Origin: Chloroflexota bacterium
GTDB lineage: Bacteria; Chloroflexota; Anaerolineae; JAAYZQ01
DNA: 64,000 nucleotides
Assembly (NCBI GenBank): GCA_018606645.1
Contig: JAGVRI010000003.1
Span: forward strand, 27,322-91,321
Reading direction: 5' to 3'
The position numbers and the translations under genes were made by a program. Positions 1 through 10,473 of this stretch are shown here, in pieces. A model generated the notes under the pieces. The model had not been told where the DNA came from. It searched no databases and saw nothing but the letters and a program-made list of their open reading frames with translations. Position 1 is the stretch's first letter; each line of letters begins with the position of its first letter.

Positions 1-1
1 G

Positions 2-769
2 ATGGGCCTCTATGCCGGCCCACAACAATTGACTCACTGGCGGGTTGCCACCGACCATCAGAAGATGGCCGATGAGTATGCCATGCTGATCCTGGATCTG
101 TTTGACCGGTCCGGTCAGGATGCGGCGGCGGTGGACGGGATCATTATGGCCAGCGTCGTTCCTCCGCTGACCGGCGTCTTTGAGAAGCTGTGCCTTCGTT
201 ATTTCCGCCAGCCGCCTTTGGTCGTGGGCCCGGGGGTGCGCACCGGGGTGCGGATTCTGCTGGACAATCCATCCGAAGTTGGGGCGGATCGGATTGTCAA
301 CGCCGTGGCGGCCTACCGTCGCTATGGAGGGCCGACCTGTGTGGTGGACTTGGGGACCGCCACGACCTTTGATCTGGTTTCGGAGGAAGGAGACTATTTG
401 GGGGGAGCGATCGCGCCCGGGATCGGGATCGCTGCCGAAGCGTTGTTCCAACGCACGGCCAAGCTGCCGCGCATTGAGCTGGTCCGTCCGCCGTCTCCGA
501 TTGGCAAGAACACGGTGCAGGCGATGCAATCCGGTCTGCTTTTTGGCTATGTGGGGTTGGTGGAGGGGATGGTGGCCCGCTTCCGGGCCGAGCTGGGACC
601 GGCGATGAAGGTGGTCGCCACCGGGGGACTGGCGTCGCTGATTGCGGCCGAGACCGAAGTCATTGAGGCGGTAGACCCCTGGCTAACGCTGGAGGGCCTG
701 CAACAGATATGGGAGATGAATCGGTCGGGACCGATCGCCGAGACCTCGATGCCGGGCCGCAACGGGTGA
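2..769 (+). CDS. coaX: type III pantothenate kinase (5'-truncated at window edge)
   Basis: Translation matches CoaX/Bvg accessory factor fold (GGAIAPG, actin-like ATPase motifs); N-terminus missing because ORF runs off the window start. Confidence 0.8.
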   Translation: MGLYAGPQQLTHWRVATDHQKMADEYAMLILDLFDRSGQDAAAVDGIIMASVVPPLTGVFEKLCLRYFRQPPLVVGPGVRTGVRILLDNPSEVGADRIVNAVAAYRRYGGPTCVVDLGTATTFDLVSEEGDYLGGAIAPGIGIAAEALFQRTAKLPRIELVRPPSPIGKNTVQAMQSGLLFGYVGLVEGMVARFRAELGPAMKVVATGGLASLIAAETEVIEAVDPWLTLEGLQQIWEMNRSGPIAETSMPGRNG

Positions 770-803
770 TTTTGAACCGGGCCATTCAGAGAGGCACATC
801 ACG

Positions 804-2036
804 ATGGTCTTGAAGGACCGCTCTATCGTCCTGGGGGTGACCGGTGGGATCGCCGCCTACAAGGCGGCTGCATTGTGCAGCCATCTGGTTCAGGCGGGTG
901 CTGTGGTGGATGTGATCCTCACCGACGCGGCCCGCGAGTTTGTCGCGCCGCTTACGTTTCAGGCGCTCACCCACCGTCCGGTCATTACCGACATGTTTGC
1001 CTTGCTGGCGGAAACCGAGATCGGCCATGTGACCCTGGCGCGGCGGGCGGAACTGATTATCATCGCCCCGCTCACGGCCAATACCCTGGCCAAACTGGCG
1101 GTGGGACTGGCCGATAACATGCTGACCTGCACCGTGCTGGCGGCGACGGCTCCTCTCTTGCTGGCCCCGGCCATGGAGAGCCACATGTGGATCAACCCGT
1201 TGACGCAGGACAATCTGACGCGGCTGTGCGCCCAGCGCGATGTGACGGTCATCGGCCCGAAAGAAGGGCGACTGGCTTCTGGAGCCAGCGGTGTGGGCCG
1301 CATGGCCGAGCCGGAGGAGATCCTGGACGCGGCGCAGTGGGTGCTGGCCCGTCGTGGTCCCCTGGCCGAACGGCGGGTGGTGGTGACAGCCGGGGGGACG
1401 CGAGAGCCCCTGGATCCGATCCGTTTCCTGGGGAATCGATCCTCCGGCCAAATGGGCTATGCTCTGGCCCGGGCGGCCCGCGATCGGGGCGCACGGGTGA
1501 CGCTGATCACTACGACAGGGCAGCCGCCTCCCTTTGGCGTGGAGTGGGTCGCGGTGGAAACCGCTGAGGAAATGGGGGAAGCGGTCCTGGGTCGGTTGCC
1601 GGAGACCGACCTGCTGCTGATGGCCGCTGCGGTGGCCGACTACCGGCCGGCGGCTGTCGCCGAGCACAAGATCAAAAAGAGCGAAGCGGAACGGACGGTT
1701 ACCCTGGTGCGCACGATCGATATTCTATCGCAGGTCGCCGAGAGGCGCCGTGCCGATCAGGTGATCGTCGGTTTTGCGGCCGAGACCGAGGACCTGATCG
1801 TCCATGCGCAGGACAAGCTGCGCCGGAAGAAACTGGACCTGATCGTGGCCAATGATGCGCGGCAGGCGATGGGCGCGGCCGAGAATCAAGTGGTGCTCCT
1901 CAGCGCCGATGGACGAGTGGAGCAGCTGCCGCTTCTTCCCAAGGAGGAAGTGGCCCACCGCATCCTCGATCGGGTGATGGACCTCTTGCCGGGGCCGCCG
2001 GCGGACCCTGCTCCAGGAAAGAGACCGCTTGGCTGA
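804..2036 (+). CDS. coaBC: bifunctional phosphopantothenoylcysteine decarboxylase / phosphopantothenate-cysteine ligase
   Basis: N-terminal flavoprotein domain (VLGVTGGIAAYK) plus C-terminal DFP ligase domain; 410 aa, immediately after coaX. Confidence 0.9.
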   Translation: MVLKDRSIVLGVTGGIAAYKAAALCSHLVQAGAVVDVILTDAAREFVAPLTFQALTHRPVITDMFALLAETEIGHVTLARRAELIIIAPLTANTLAKLAVGLADNMLTCTVLAATAPLLLAPAMESHMWINPLTQDNLTRLCAQRDVTVIGPKEGRLASGASGVGRMAEPEEILDAAQWVLARRGPLAERRVVVTAGGTREPLDPIRFLGNRSSGQMGYALARAARDRGARVTLITTTGQPPPFGVEWVAVETAEEMGEAVLGRLPETDLLLMAAAVADYRPAAVAEHKIKKSEAERTVTLVRTIDILSQVAERRRADQVIVGFAAETEDLIVHAQDKLRRKKLDLIVANDARQAMGAAENQVVLLSADGRVEQLPLLPKEEVAHRILDRVMDLLPGPPADPAPGKRPLG

Positions 2037-2074
2037 GAACAATCCACTATCTTGGCTCATCGAGGCAAACCGGG

Positions 2075-3763
2075 ATGAACATACTGGGCATCAATTGGGG
2101 CGCTCACGACAGTGCGGCGGCGCTGGTGCAAGACGGTCGGGTGATCGCGGCGGCTGAGGAGGAGCGGTTCAATCGGATCAAACACGCGCCGTATGCCTAC
2201 CCTTTGCGGGCGGCGCGCTACTGCCTGCAGGAGGCAGGTCTTGACATAAAGGACCTCGACGAAATTGTCTTTTCCTTCCATCCCACGCTGGGATTGGGGG
2301 CTTCGCTGGGCCATGCGCTGCGCTTTTTTCCACGCGGTGCCTTTTTTATTCTGGCCGAGTCGGTGCGCCGGGCCTGGTACGCGGGCAGTGGTCTCTATTC
2401 GGAGTATATGCTCCATCTGGACCGGCGTACCCGTCGTCACTGGGTCGATCATCACCTGGCCCATGCGGCCAGCGCCTATTTTGCCTCTCCGTTTGACCGG
2501 GCGGCGATTCTGGTGGTGGATGGGGTGGGGGAGTGGCCGGTGACGACCTTCTATCGGGCCGAGGGATTCCAGATCAAACGGTTAAGGTCGTTTTCTCTGC
2601 CTCATTCCATCGGGTTTTGCTACTCGGCCTTTACCGAGTATATGGGCATGGAGCCGTTTGATGCCGAGTACAAGGTGATGGGGCTGGCGGCCTACGGCGA
2701 CCCGGCCCGCCATCGCGCCCTGTTCCGCCAGATCATCCAACTGGAACCAGAAGGCCGCTATCGGCTGGACCTTTCGTTCTTTAATTTTCAGTATGACTAT
2801 GGTCGCGAGCAATGGTACGGTCCGCGCATGGTCGAGGTTTTTGGGCCTCCCTGCCCACCTGACGAACTGCCGGGTCCGCGGTATGCGGACATTGCAGCCA
2901 GCCTGCAAGAACGGGTCGAAGAGGTGATCTTTCATATGGCCGACTGGCTGTACCAGACCACCGGTTTACCCAATTTGTGTATGGCCGGCGGCGTGGCCCT
3001 AAATAGCGTGGCCAACGGCAAGTTGTGGCGAAGAGGGCCGTTTCAGCGCCTCTACGTCCAGGGCGCGGCTCACGATGCGGGTTGTGCGTTGGGCGCGGCC
3101 CTCTATCGGGCCCATGCGGTTCATCGGTTCCCGCGGCAGGAGATGCGCCATCTCTACTACGGTCCAGGTTACAGCACGGACGAAGTGGAAAGGGTGCTGA
3201 AGGCCAGCCGGATGCCCTACCAGGTGGTGGACGATCCGGCCGAGATGGCGGCGCAGCGCCTGGCGGCGAATCAGATTGTGGGCTGGTTTCAGGGTCGGAT
3301 GGAGTTCGGCCCTCGGGCGCTGGGGAACCGCAGTATCCTGGCCGATCCCCGACAGCTAGATATGAAGGATCGGATCAATGCCGCCATCAAGTTTCGGGAG
3401 CCGTTTCGCCCTTTTGCCCCCTCGGTGCTGGCCGAGCGGAGCCGGGATTATTTTGTCGAGATTGACGATTCGCCGTTTATGATCCTGGTGACCGATGTGC
3501 GTCCGGAACGGCGCGCCCTGGTGCCCGCCATCACCCACGCGGATGGCACGGGCCGTCTGCATACGGTGGAACGCCAGGTCAATCCCCTCTACTGGCGGCT
3601 GATCCACCGCTTTGAGGAACTGACCGGCGTGCCGCTGGTGCTCAATACCTCATTCAATGTCCGTGGGCAGCCGATCGTCAACACTCCCAGCGAGGCGCTG
3701 GCGACCTTCTATACCTCTGGACTCGATGTACTGATCATGGATCGCTTCCTGGTCGAAAAGTGA
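2075..3763 (+). CDS. carbamoyltransferase, NodU/CmcH family
   Basis: N-terminal ILGINWGAHDSAAALV... and C-terminal carbamoyltransferase domain typical of NodU/CmcH/HypF-like O-carbamoyltransferases; 562 aa. Confidence 0.85.
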   Translation: MNILGINWGAHDSAAALVQDGRVIAAAEEERFNRIKHAPYAYPLRAARYCLQEAGLDIKDLDEIVFSFHPTLGLGASLGHALRFFPRGAFFILAESVRRAWYAGSGLYSEYMLHLDRRTRRHWVDHHLAHAASAYFASPFDRAAILVVDGVGEWPVTTFYRAEGFQIKRLRSFSLPHSIGFCYSAFTEYMGMEPFDAEYKVMGLAAYGDPARHRALFRQIIQLEPEGRYRLDLSFFNFQYDYGREQWYGPRMVEVFGPPCPPDELPGPRYADIAASLQERVEEVIFHMADWLYQTTGLPNLCMAGGVALNSVANGKLWRRGPFQRLYVQGAAHDAGCALGAALYRAHAVHRFPRQEMRHLYYGPGYSTDEVERVLKASRMPYQVVDDPAEMAAQRLAANQIVGWFQGRMEFGPRALGNRSILADPRQLDMKDRINAAIKFREPFRPFAPSVLAERSRDYFVEIDDSPFMILVTDVRPERRALVPAITHADGTGRLHTVERQVNPLYWRLIHRFEELTGVPLVLNTSFNVRGQPIVNTPSEALATFYTSGLDVLIMDRFLVEK

Positions 3764-3782
3764 TCTCGGAGGTGTCGAGGTC

Positions 3783-3826
3783 GGGAAGCGGAGCTTTTAG
3801 GGTGGACCGGATAAAGCCTCGACTCC
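3783..3826. repeat. degenerate copy of 44-bp palindromic element (family A)
   Basis: gggaagcggagcttttagggtggaccggataaagcctcgactcc; right arm identical to family consensus, left arm diverged. Confidence 0.6.
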
Positions 3827-3878
3827 CTGACGAGAGGAGGGGATGGGGCATGGGAGCGACCGGACCCCTCCCCCCGGC

Positions 3879-3917
3879 CCCCTCCCCGCGTGCGGGGAGG
3901 GGGTGCGGGGGTGGGGT
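3879..3917. repeat. C-rich perfect palindrome followed by G-run (G4-like) motif
   Basis: cccctccccgc-gt-gcggggagggg palindrome then gggggtgcgggggtggggtg; related motif seen at 19771-19836 and 21245-21294. Confidence 0.5.
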
Positions 3918-3936
3918 GAAGTGGTCTGTCGCAGAG

Positions 3937-3980
3937 GGAGTGGAGCCTTCAGGCGGTGGACCGGCAAAAGCCTCGACTCC
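3937..3980. repeat. 44-bp palindromic element, family A, compact copy 1
   Basis: ggagtggagccttcaggcggtggaccggcaaaagcctcgactcc; differs at 1 position from copies at 35282 and 53049. Confidence 0.8.
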
Positions 3981-4009
3981 CCCGCGAGAGCTGGCGAACC
4001 TGACCCGGG

Positions 4010-5296
4010 TTATGCCAGGACAAGGAACAGCAGCGCGCCGATCAGTCGGACTCCACCCGAAAGGAAAAAGGTAGGGCGGAGGCCGACCCAATTCGCCAGA
4101 CTGGCGCCCAGCAACGGACCGGCAAACGCGGTCACGTTGATCAACGAGGTATAGAGAGCGACATAGGTGGGCCGGTGATCGGCCGGACAGACATCCAGCA
4201 TCCGGTTGAAGAGGGCCAGGTTGCATCCCGCCCAGCTCAGACCTCCGAGGATGGAAACAGGGATCAACCAGGCGAGGCTGGGGGCCAGACCCGTCAGTGC
4301 GGTATATACCGCCGTCCCTATAGCGGTCACCACCAGTAGCTTGCGGTCTCCCCACCGGGTCTGGATCTTGCCCCAGAAGAAATAGCCGACGATGGTGGTG
4401 GCGTCAATGCACATGACCAGGAGACCCACCCACGAGTCGCTGGCCCCCAATTCCCGGATGCGCAGCACGGACCAGAGAGCCGCCGGCAGGTAGAGTCCCC
4501 AGTAGAAGATAAACGAGGCAATGGCAAAACGTACAAAGTTGCGCTGGGAAGAGATTTCGTGCACGCTCTGGCGCAGACCTTGCAGACTGTACCACTGCCC
4601 GGGCTGTCTGGCTCGCTGAGCGCGCACTGCTTCGGAGACCCGGATGCGGCGCAGGTAGATCAGGCCGATCATGGACAGAGCTGTTCCGACCCCAAAGAGG
4701 ACCTGATAGTTGAGGGGAACCGGCATGAGGTCCAGCAGCATGCCTCCCAGCAGAGCGGCAGCGGTGGCCACGGCGGACAGGATCAGCCAGCGGACACTGA
4801 CCACCTGTCCTCGATCCTCCACAGAGATCAGGTCTGGGATGAGAGACGTGATCGCCGTGTTGATGACTGCGGTCGGTAGGGTGACCACTGCGCTGAGAAC
4901 GATCAGCGCCTGCACACGGTACGCCTCCATGAGAAAGGGCATGGCGGCCATGGCCAGATAGCCCAGGCGTTGCAAGGCGCCCGTGAGCAGGATGATGGGC
5001 ATACGACGGCGTTGTCGTTCGATGATCCGGGCGGCGGGCACCAGCCAGACGATGTTGACCAGCGCCGGCAGGGCGGCGAGCCAGCCCAATTGGGCGGTCG
5101 TTGCTCCCAATCGTAGCGCATAGACGCTGACAAAGGTGTTCGCCAGGCCGTTCAGGATACCGAACCAGGCCGTCTCGATGTAGAGATTGCGGATGTTGCT
5201 CCCCTCAAAGGTATCGGCCGGGGTATACCAGGGCATCCGCTGCGCCAGGCGGCGCAGGGTCTGCGTGCCCCGGTTTCTCCAGTGAGCCATTCGCAT
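4010..5296 (-). CDS. MFS transporter
   Basis: 12-TM-like hydrophobic profile, MFS signature regions; start chosen at MRMAHW (ATG 5296) rather than the longer upstream-extended ORF. Confidence 0.75.
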   Translation of the reverse strand: MRMAHWRNRGTQTLRRLAQRMPWYTPADTFEGSNIRNLYIETAWFGILNGLANTFVSVYALRLGATTAQLGWLAALPALVNIVWLVPAARIIERQRRRMPIILLTGALQRLGYLAMAAMPFLMEAYRVQALIVLSAVVTLPTAVINTAITSLIPDLISVEDRGQVVSVRWLILSAVATAAALLGGMLLDLMPVPLNYQVLFGVGTALSMIGLIYLRRIRVSEAVRAQRARQPGQWYSLQGLRQSVHEISSQRNFVRFAIASFIFYWGLYLPAALWSVLRIRELGASDSWVGLLVMCIDATTIVGYFFWGKIQTRWGDRKLLVVTAIGTAVYTALTGLAPSLAWLIPVSILGGLSWAGCNLALFNRMLDVCPADHRPTYVALYTSLINVTAFAGPLLGASLANWVGLRPTFFLSGGVRLIGALLFLVLA

Positions 5297-5312
5297 CCGG
5301 AGTGATGGCAAT

Positions 5313-5811
5313 TTACGCCTCGGGCCGCGCCTGCTCTTCCAGCGCGGCCTTAAGTTGGTCGTAGGTTTGCAGCCAGGTCTGGGGGATGACCCGGACATCC
5401 CCGACAATAGGCATGAAATTGGTGTCGCCGGACCAGCGGGGCACGACATGGAGGTGGACGTGGTCCTCGATCCCGGCGCCGGCGGCGTGGCCCAGGTTCG
5501 CGCCGATGTTGAATCCGTCTGGCTGCATGGCGGTCCGCAGGGCAGCCAGACTGCGGTTGAGGAGCAGCATCAGTTCGGTCAAGGTGGGCGTATCCAGGTC
5601 CTCCAGGCTGGGGACGTGGGTGTACGGGACGACCATCAGATGCCCGTTGTTATAGGGGAAGCGGTTGAGGATGAGAAAGGCCCGCTCCCCTCGCCATAGG
5701 ACCAGGTTCTCTCGATCTTGATTGCTCTGGACGGCTTCACAAAAGATGCAACCATCCTTTTTGGGCGCCTTCAGGTATTCCAGGCGCCAGGGTGACCAGA
5801 GACGTTTCATT
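5313..5811 (-). CDS. HIT family hydrolase (histidine triad, Ap4A-hydrolase-like)
   Basis: HVHLHVVPR histidine-triad motif; start taken at MKRLWSPW. Confidence 0.8.
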
Positions 5812-5921
5812 CCTTGTTCTCCTTGCCAGCGCTGGGGCTCATTGTAGCCCAAAAGGGGTAGAAGAGCAAGGCAGAAAGGAGTGGAATGCAACGCGAGAAG
5901 CAGCCGGGATGGTATGCCGCG

Positions 5922-8897
5922 CTAGACCCTGCCATCCAATATATCGCGCACTCGCTGGAGCAGTTCCTCCACGTCAAAAGGTTTGGACAAAAAGTGCGCG
6001 CTGTCCTCCAGCACGCCGTGGTGGGCGATGCTGCGGCCGGTATATCCGGACATATAGAGCAGCCGTGTTTCCGGACGACTGAGGTGCAGGCGTTCGGCCA
6101 GCGCTCGACCGCCCAATCGCGGCATGACCACATCGGTCAGTAACAGATGGATGGGTCCCTCATGTTCCGCCGCCACCTGGAGCGCCTCGACCCCATCCTG
6201 CGCGGTCAGCACCAGGTAGCCATGGGTGGTCAGGATATCCCGGACCATCTGCCGCACCAGGACCTCATCTTCCACCACCAGCACGGTTTCCGTCCCCTGC
6301 ACGGCGGTCATGGTCGCCTCAGCCGGGCCGGCTGGCAGGGAGCCAATACTGGCTGCCGCTCGCGGCAGGTAGAGTTTGAAGGTGGTGCCCTGTCCGACCT
6401 CGCTTTCGACGCTGATGTGTCCTTGCCATTGGCGGACGATCCCGTACACAGTGGACAGGCCCAGGCCGCTGCCCTGACCGGGCCCCTTGGTGGTGAAGAA
6501 CGGCTCAAAGATGCGAGCCTTGACCTCTTCGCTCATTCCCACCCCGGTGTCACTCACCGACAGCAGGACATAATCGCCTGGCTCCAGTCCAAAGTACTGG
6601 TTGGTGTAGGACCGGTTGAGGAGGACGTTGGATGTCTCGATCCGCAGACGGCCGCCCTGGGGCATGGCGTCGCGGGCGTTGATCGCCAGGTTGAGCAGCA
6701 CCTGATCGAACTGGGTCGGGTTGATCTCGACCGGCCACAGGTCCTCGCTGAGCGACAGGACGAGCTCGATGTCCTCGCCGAGAAGGCGGGGCAGCATCCG
6801 GCTCATCTCGCGGATGCCCTCGTTCAAGTTCATCTGCTGGATCTGGATCGGCATGTGGCGGCTGAGGGTCAGCAGTTGGCGGCTGAGCTCGGCGGCCCGC
6901 TGGCGGGCTTCGTCGATGCGCTGCAATTGCAGGTGGAGGGGATCGGCCGGGTGGAGCTGCTGGCCCATCAGCCGGGTGCTGAGCTGGATGATGGTCAGCA
7001 GGTTGTTGAAATCGTGGGCCACCCCGCCGGCCAGGCGTCCGACCGCCTCCATCTTTTGCGCCTGATAGAACTGCTCCCGGAGCCGGTCTCGCTCCTCCTC
7101 CGCCCATCTGCGCTCGATGGCGAGCGCTACCTGGGATGCGACCGAAGCAAAGAACTCCTTGTCGCGCTCCGAGTACCGGTTCGGATCTTCATAGTTCTGG
7201 ACGGCCATCACGCCGAGGATCCCGTCGGGCGTCTTGAGGGGCGTCCCCAGCCACGAGGCCGAGTTGGCGCCCACCAGTTCCACTTCGCCGCGCGCCAGCA
7301 ACTCGTCAAACTGGGTCTGGTTGACCAGAACCGTCTGGCCGGTGCGATAGACGTACGAGGCCAGGCTCTTTTCGAGTCGAGAGGGAGGCATCGGCTCGTC
7401 GTATTGGTCCACCGTAAAGACTTCTTCGAACAGGCCGGTTCTCTTGTTGTACAGGACGACGAAAAAGTTCTCGGCGTCGATCACCCGGCCGATGAGCCGG
7501 TGGATGAGGGGGAAGAATTCCTGAAGGTCGGTGGCGGTGGCCACGCCTTGCAGGATCTCGAGCATGACCTGGCGCTCCTCCTCCGCCCGCTTGCGTTCGG
7601 TAATGTCGCGGGCAATGCCACCAAACCCGGCTATCCTCCCCTCTGCATCCCGGAGCAGCCAGGCCTTGGTCTGGACCCAGATCGTTCCTCCATCCCGTCT
7701 GGTCAGGCGGAATTCGATGGCTGGCCGAATCCCCCGGACCGTGTCCACAGGTTCCCCGTTCAGGGTGCTCTGGACGCGCGGCAGCAGGAAGGGAAGGTCT
7801 TCTTCATGCACATATTCGGAGAGATGGTGTCCCACAACTTCTTCAGGCTCGTAGCCGATGAAGGCTTTGATGGAGGGATTGGCAAACAGGACATTTCCCT
7901 CCCGGTCGATGGTAAAGACCAGGTCGGTGGTGGCGTTCAGCAGGTCCCGGTATCGCTGTTCACTTTGTCTCGTTTCCTCGTACAGGTGGGCGTTGGCTAC
8001 GGCTATCCCGATCTGTTGCCCTACGGCGATCAGCAGCGCCTTGTCCTCTTCAGACCAGGACCGGCGAGCCCGTGTGGCCACCGCCAAGATGCCCAGGACC
8101 TTCCCGGCGTGCAGCAGAGGGACCATGGCCGAGAGGGTAAACCCGACGGGCTTGATGGCGGGATTCACCCCGGGATCGTTGGAGGTGTCCTCGTGGAAGA
8201 TCGGTTCTCCGTGGAGCAGCAGACGTTCCCGGTTCCCGCCGGCCCGGACTCGACCGAGGAAAGCTTCCCCGACGCGGGGGTCCACCCCTCGTGTGACCAC
8301 CCGCTCCAGGCGCTGTTCCTGTTCCTTCCACAGGGTAATGCCCCCTGCCTCGAAGCCAATCGCCTGCAAGGCGGCGTCCAGCGCGGCGGCCAGGACCCCC
8401 TCCAGGTCCAGCGATCGGCTGACTGCGGCGGCGACGGCGTTGAGGGCAGCCAGATCACGGGTACGTCGTTCGATCTCTTCCCCAGCTTGTTTCTGTTCGG
8501 TGATATCCATGAGGGCAACCTGCAACGCTGGCCTCCCCTGGTAATCCATGATCCGGCCCATCGCCTGCACCCAGCGCACCCGACCGTCCTTGCACTGCAA
8601 GCGGAACTCCCGGCGATCCACCGCAGGCTCACCCGCCAGCCGCTTTGTCACGGCCCCCCAAACCTGTTCTTGATCCTGGGGATGGACCATGGCTTCGACC
8701 TGTGCTGGCGAGAGGGCAAGCAGTTCCTCCACGGAGTAGCCGCTCATCTCCGCCGTGGCTGCATTGGCAAAGATGATCCGACCATCCTGAAGGATGATCC
8801 AGCCCTGCCACGAATGCTCGACCAGGGCCCGGTAGACTTCGGTGGCCAGCCGCTCATTCTCTGGTCCTTGAAACCATTCTACTGCCTGGGTGTTCAT
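5922..8897 (-). CDS. hybrid sensor histidine kinase/response regulator with multiple PAS and GAF domains
   Basis: 991 aa; repeated PAS-like segments, GAF, HisKA (HDFNN), HATPase (GxGxG) and C-terminal receiver (VLVVEDE...LLLTDVVMP). Confidence 0.85.
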   Translation of the reverse strand: MNTQAVEWFQGPENERLATEVYRALVEHSWQGWIILQDGRIIFANAATAEMSGYSVEELLALSPAQVEAMVHPQDQEQVWGAVTKRLAGEPAVDRREFRLQCKDGRVRWVQAMGRIMDYQGRPALQVALMDITEQKQAGEEIERRTRDLAALNAVAAAVSRSLDLEGVLAAALDAALQAIGFEAGGITLWKEQEQRLERVVTRGVDPRVGEAFLGRVRAGGNRERLLLHGEPIFHEDTSNDPGVNPAIKPVGFTLSAMVPLLHAGKVLGILAVATRARRSWSEEDKALLIAVGQQIGIAVANAHLYEETRQSEQRYRDLLNATTDLVFTIDREGNVLFANPSIKAFIGYEPEEVVGHHLSEYVHEEDLPFLLPRVQSTLNGEPVDTVRGIRPAIEFRLTRRDGGTIWVQTKAWLLRDAEGRIAGFGGIARDITERKRAEEERQVMLEILQGVATATDLQEFFPLIHRLIGRVIDAENFFVVLYNKRTGLFEEVFTVDQYDEPMPPSRLEKSLASYVYRTGQTVLVNQTQFDELLARGEVELVGANSASWLGTPLKTPDGILGVMAVQNYEDPNRYSERDKEFFASVASQVALAIERRWAEEERDRLREQFYQAQKMEAVGRLAGGVAHDFNNLLTIIQLSTRLMGQQLHPADPLHLQLQRIDEARQRAAELSRQLLTLSRHMPIQIQQMNLNEGIREMSRMLPRLLGEDIELVLSLSEDLWPVEINPTQFDQVLLNLAINARDAMPQGGRLRIETSNVLLNRSYTNQYFGLEPGDYVLLSVSDTGVGMSEEVKARIFEPFFTTKGPGQGSGLGLSTVYGIVRQWQGHISVESEVGQGTTFKLYLPRAAASIGSLPAGPAEATMTAVQGTETVLVVEDEVLVRQMVRDILTTHGYLVLTAQDGVEALQVAAEHEGPIHLLLTDVVMPRLGGRALAERLHLSRPETRLLYMSGYTGRSIAHHGVLEDSAHFLSKPFDVEELLQRVRDILDGRV

Positions 8898-8958
8898 GGG
8901 ACTCTTGTCTCCTGCTGCACTGGTTGCCCCTCTGGGAGGGAGTCGCTGTGGTTCAGAT

Positions 8959-9192
8959 TCATCGTGTCTCTATCTGAACGTGTTCGCGCCGGGCTGCATC
9001 ACGACCCAGAGCTCTGACCCGACGCCAGAGGTTGATGACAAAGGGAATTGCTGCCACGCCGATCGCCAACTGGGTGATCCAGCCCACGGTGAGCAGATGT
9101 ACCTGCCCGAAGTAGACCGCCTTGAGCCAGCGGCCGAGCATCATCAGCGCATCCAGCGCAAAAGCAGCCACAAACAAATGCAGTTCAGACAT
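8959..9192 (-). CDS. hypothetical small membrane protein (77 aa)
   Basis: Two hydrophobic segments; same strand as flanking HK and ABC operon; no recognisable family. Confidence 0.3.
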   Translation of the reverse strand: MSELHLFVAAFALDALMMLGRWLKAVYFGQVHLLTVGWITQLAIGVAAIPFVINLWRRVRALGRDAARREHVQIETR

Positions 9193-9242
9193 AGAGTCTC
9201 GCCAGAGGGGGCATCGGGACCTCCTGAGCGGAGCAGGATCTC

Positions 9243-10463
9243 CTATTCAAATCGGAATCGCCATGCCGCCAGGGCGAATAACCCGACTGCATAGGCGGAC
9301 ATGATTGCCACCGGCTGTAACACCGACTCTATCCCCAGCCCACGGATGACGAGGTTCTCAAAGCCATCCATCGCCCAGGCGGTGGGCAGCAGGTGGCCAA
9401 TGGTTTGGAATGTCTGGCTGGTGAATTCAAGCGGCACCCAGGCTCCACCGACCCCGGACAAGACAAACATCGGAATGAGCGAATAGATGATCGTTTGCTC
9501 CTCCGTCTTGGCCAGCACACCGATGAGCAGTCCCAGCGCAGCCGTCCAGGCGGCCGTCGCCGCCATCACCAGGGCAACGGCCAAAGGCTGGCGCAAGTAG
9601 GGCACGCCGAGCAGTTGGCCGAAGGCGATCAGGATCACGAACTGAATGATGATCATGAGGAACATGGCCAGGTAATGACCCAAGATGATCTGGGGGCGGG
9701 AGATGGCCGTCGTCAGCAACCGCCGCAGCGCACGGGATTTGCGCTCCGAGACGAGGATAGTGGCCGCTCCGATCAACCCGGCGATGGAGAACTGAACCAT
9801 CATAGACGGTGAGGCGTGCGAGAAACCGCTCTGCATGATCGGATTGGCTTCCATTGCTTTCGATTCCGTCTTGAGCATGGTCAGCGGGGGTTCCTGCCAG
9901 GCCTGGATGGCGCGGTCCACGGCCTCTGCCAGGAACTGCCGTCGGGCAAGGCCGTCGGCGAAGCGGGCCTGGGCTTCATAGGCCTGGGCGCTCAGCCGGG
10001 CGATCTCGGCGGCGCCGGCCAGTCGCAGCGCTGCCGTCTGGATTTCGCGCCGGGCCGTCAACCCGGCAGGCTCGCTTTCATCGAGGAGAACCCGCAACGG
10101 GATCATCTCGCCGGCCAGCAGTCTGTCGCCGTAGCTGGCGGGCACGATCACCACGGCTGCCAGGTCCCCAGCCTGCACCTTTCTTTCTGCACGCTCCGGA
10201 TCGGCCTCCTGGCCTTCTAGCAGGACGGGACGAAGCGTGCCTGACTGGTCGAGCAGGCGCAACAGGCTGGCACTGGAGGAGCTGCGGTCCTGGTCAATGA
10301 ACCCCACCGGCAGCCGAGGGTCCTGCGCTCCGCCTCCGAAACCGCCGAAGGCAAAGCCAAACAGCAGGGTAAAGAGGATGGGCATGATGACCAGAAAGAG
10401 GGCCGTCTTCCAGTCACGGACGAGCTGCCTCAGGTCTTTGATGGTCAGGTCCAGGATGCGCAT
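9243..10463 (-). CDS. ABC-2 family transporter permease
   Basis: N-terminal MRILDLTIKDL...LFLVIMPILF and C-terminal 5-TM core typical of ABC-2 exporters; start chosen 10 nt after the upstream permease stop. Confidence 0.75.
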   Translation of the reverse strand: MRILDLTIKDLRQLVRDWKTALFLVIMPILFTLLFGFAFGGFGGGAQDPRLPVGFIDQDRSSSSASLLRLLDQSGTLRPVLLEGQEADPERAERKVQAGDLAAVVIVPASYGDRLLAGEMIPLRVLLDESEPAGLTARREIQTAALRLAGAAEIARLSAQAYEAQARFADGLARRQFLAEAVDRAIQAWQEPPLTMLKTESKAMEANPIMQSGFSHASPSMMVQFSIAGLIGAATILVSERKSRALRRLLTTAISRPQIILGHYLAMFLMIIIQFVILIAFGQLLGVPYLRQPLAVALVMAATAAWTAALGLLIGVLAKTEEQTIIYSLIPMFVLSGVGGAWVPLEFTSQTFQTIGHLLPTAWAMDGFENLVIRGLGIESVLQPVAIMSAYAVGLFALAAWRFRFE

Positions 10464-10473
10464 GGCAGTCCTC

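Noticed and set aside
6147-9017. 956-aa ORF on + strand antisense to the hybrid histidine kinase. Similar long antisense ORFs occur at 786-1667, 14832-16448, 18582-19685, 21051-22334, 32372-33568, 33713-34996, 36309-37694, 42128-44539, 44651-46180 and 50485-51834.
   Set aside because: High GC suppresses stop codons. The opposite strand in each case encodes a protein with clear conserved-family motifs, while the antisense translations are Arg/Pro/Gly-rich low-complexity sequences.
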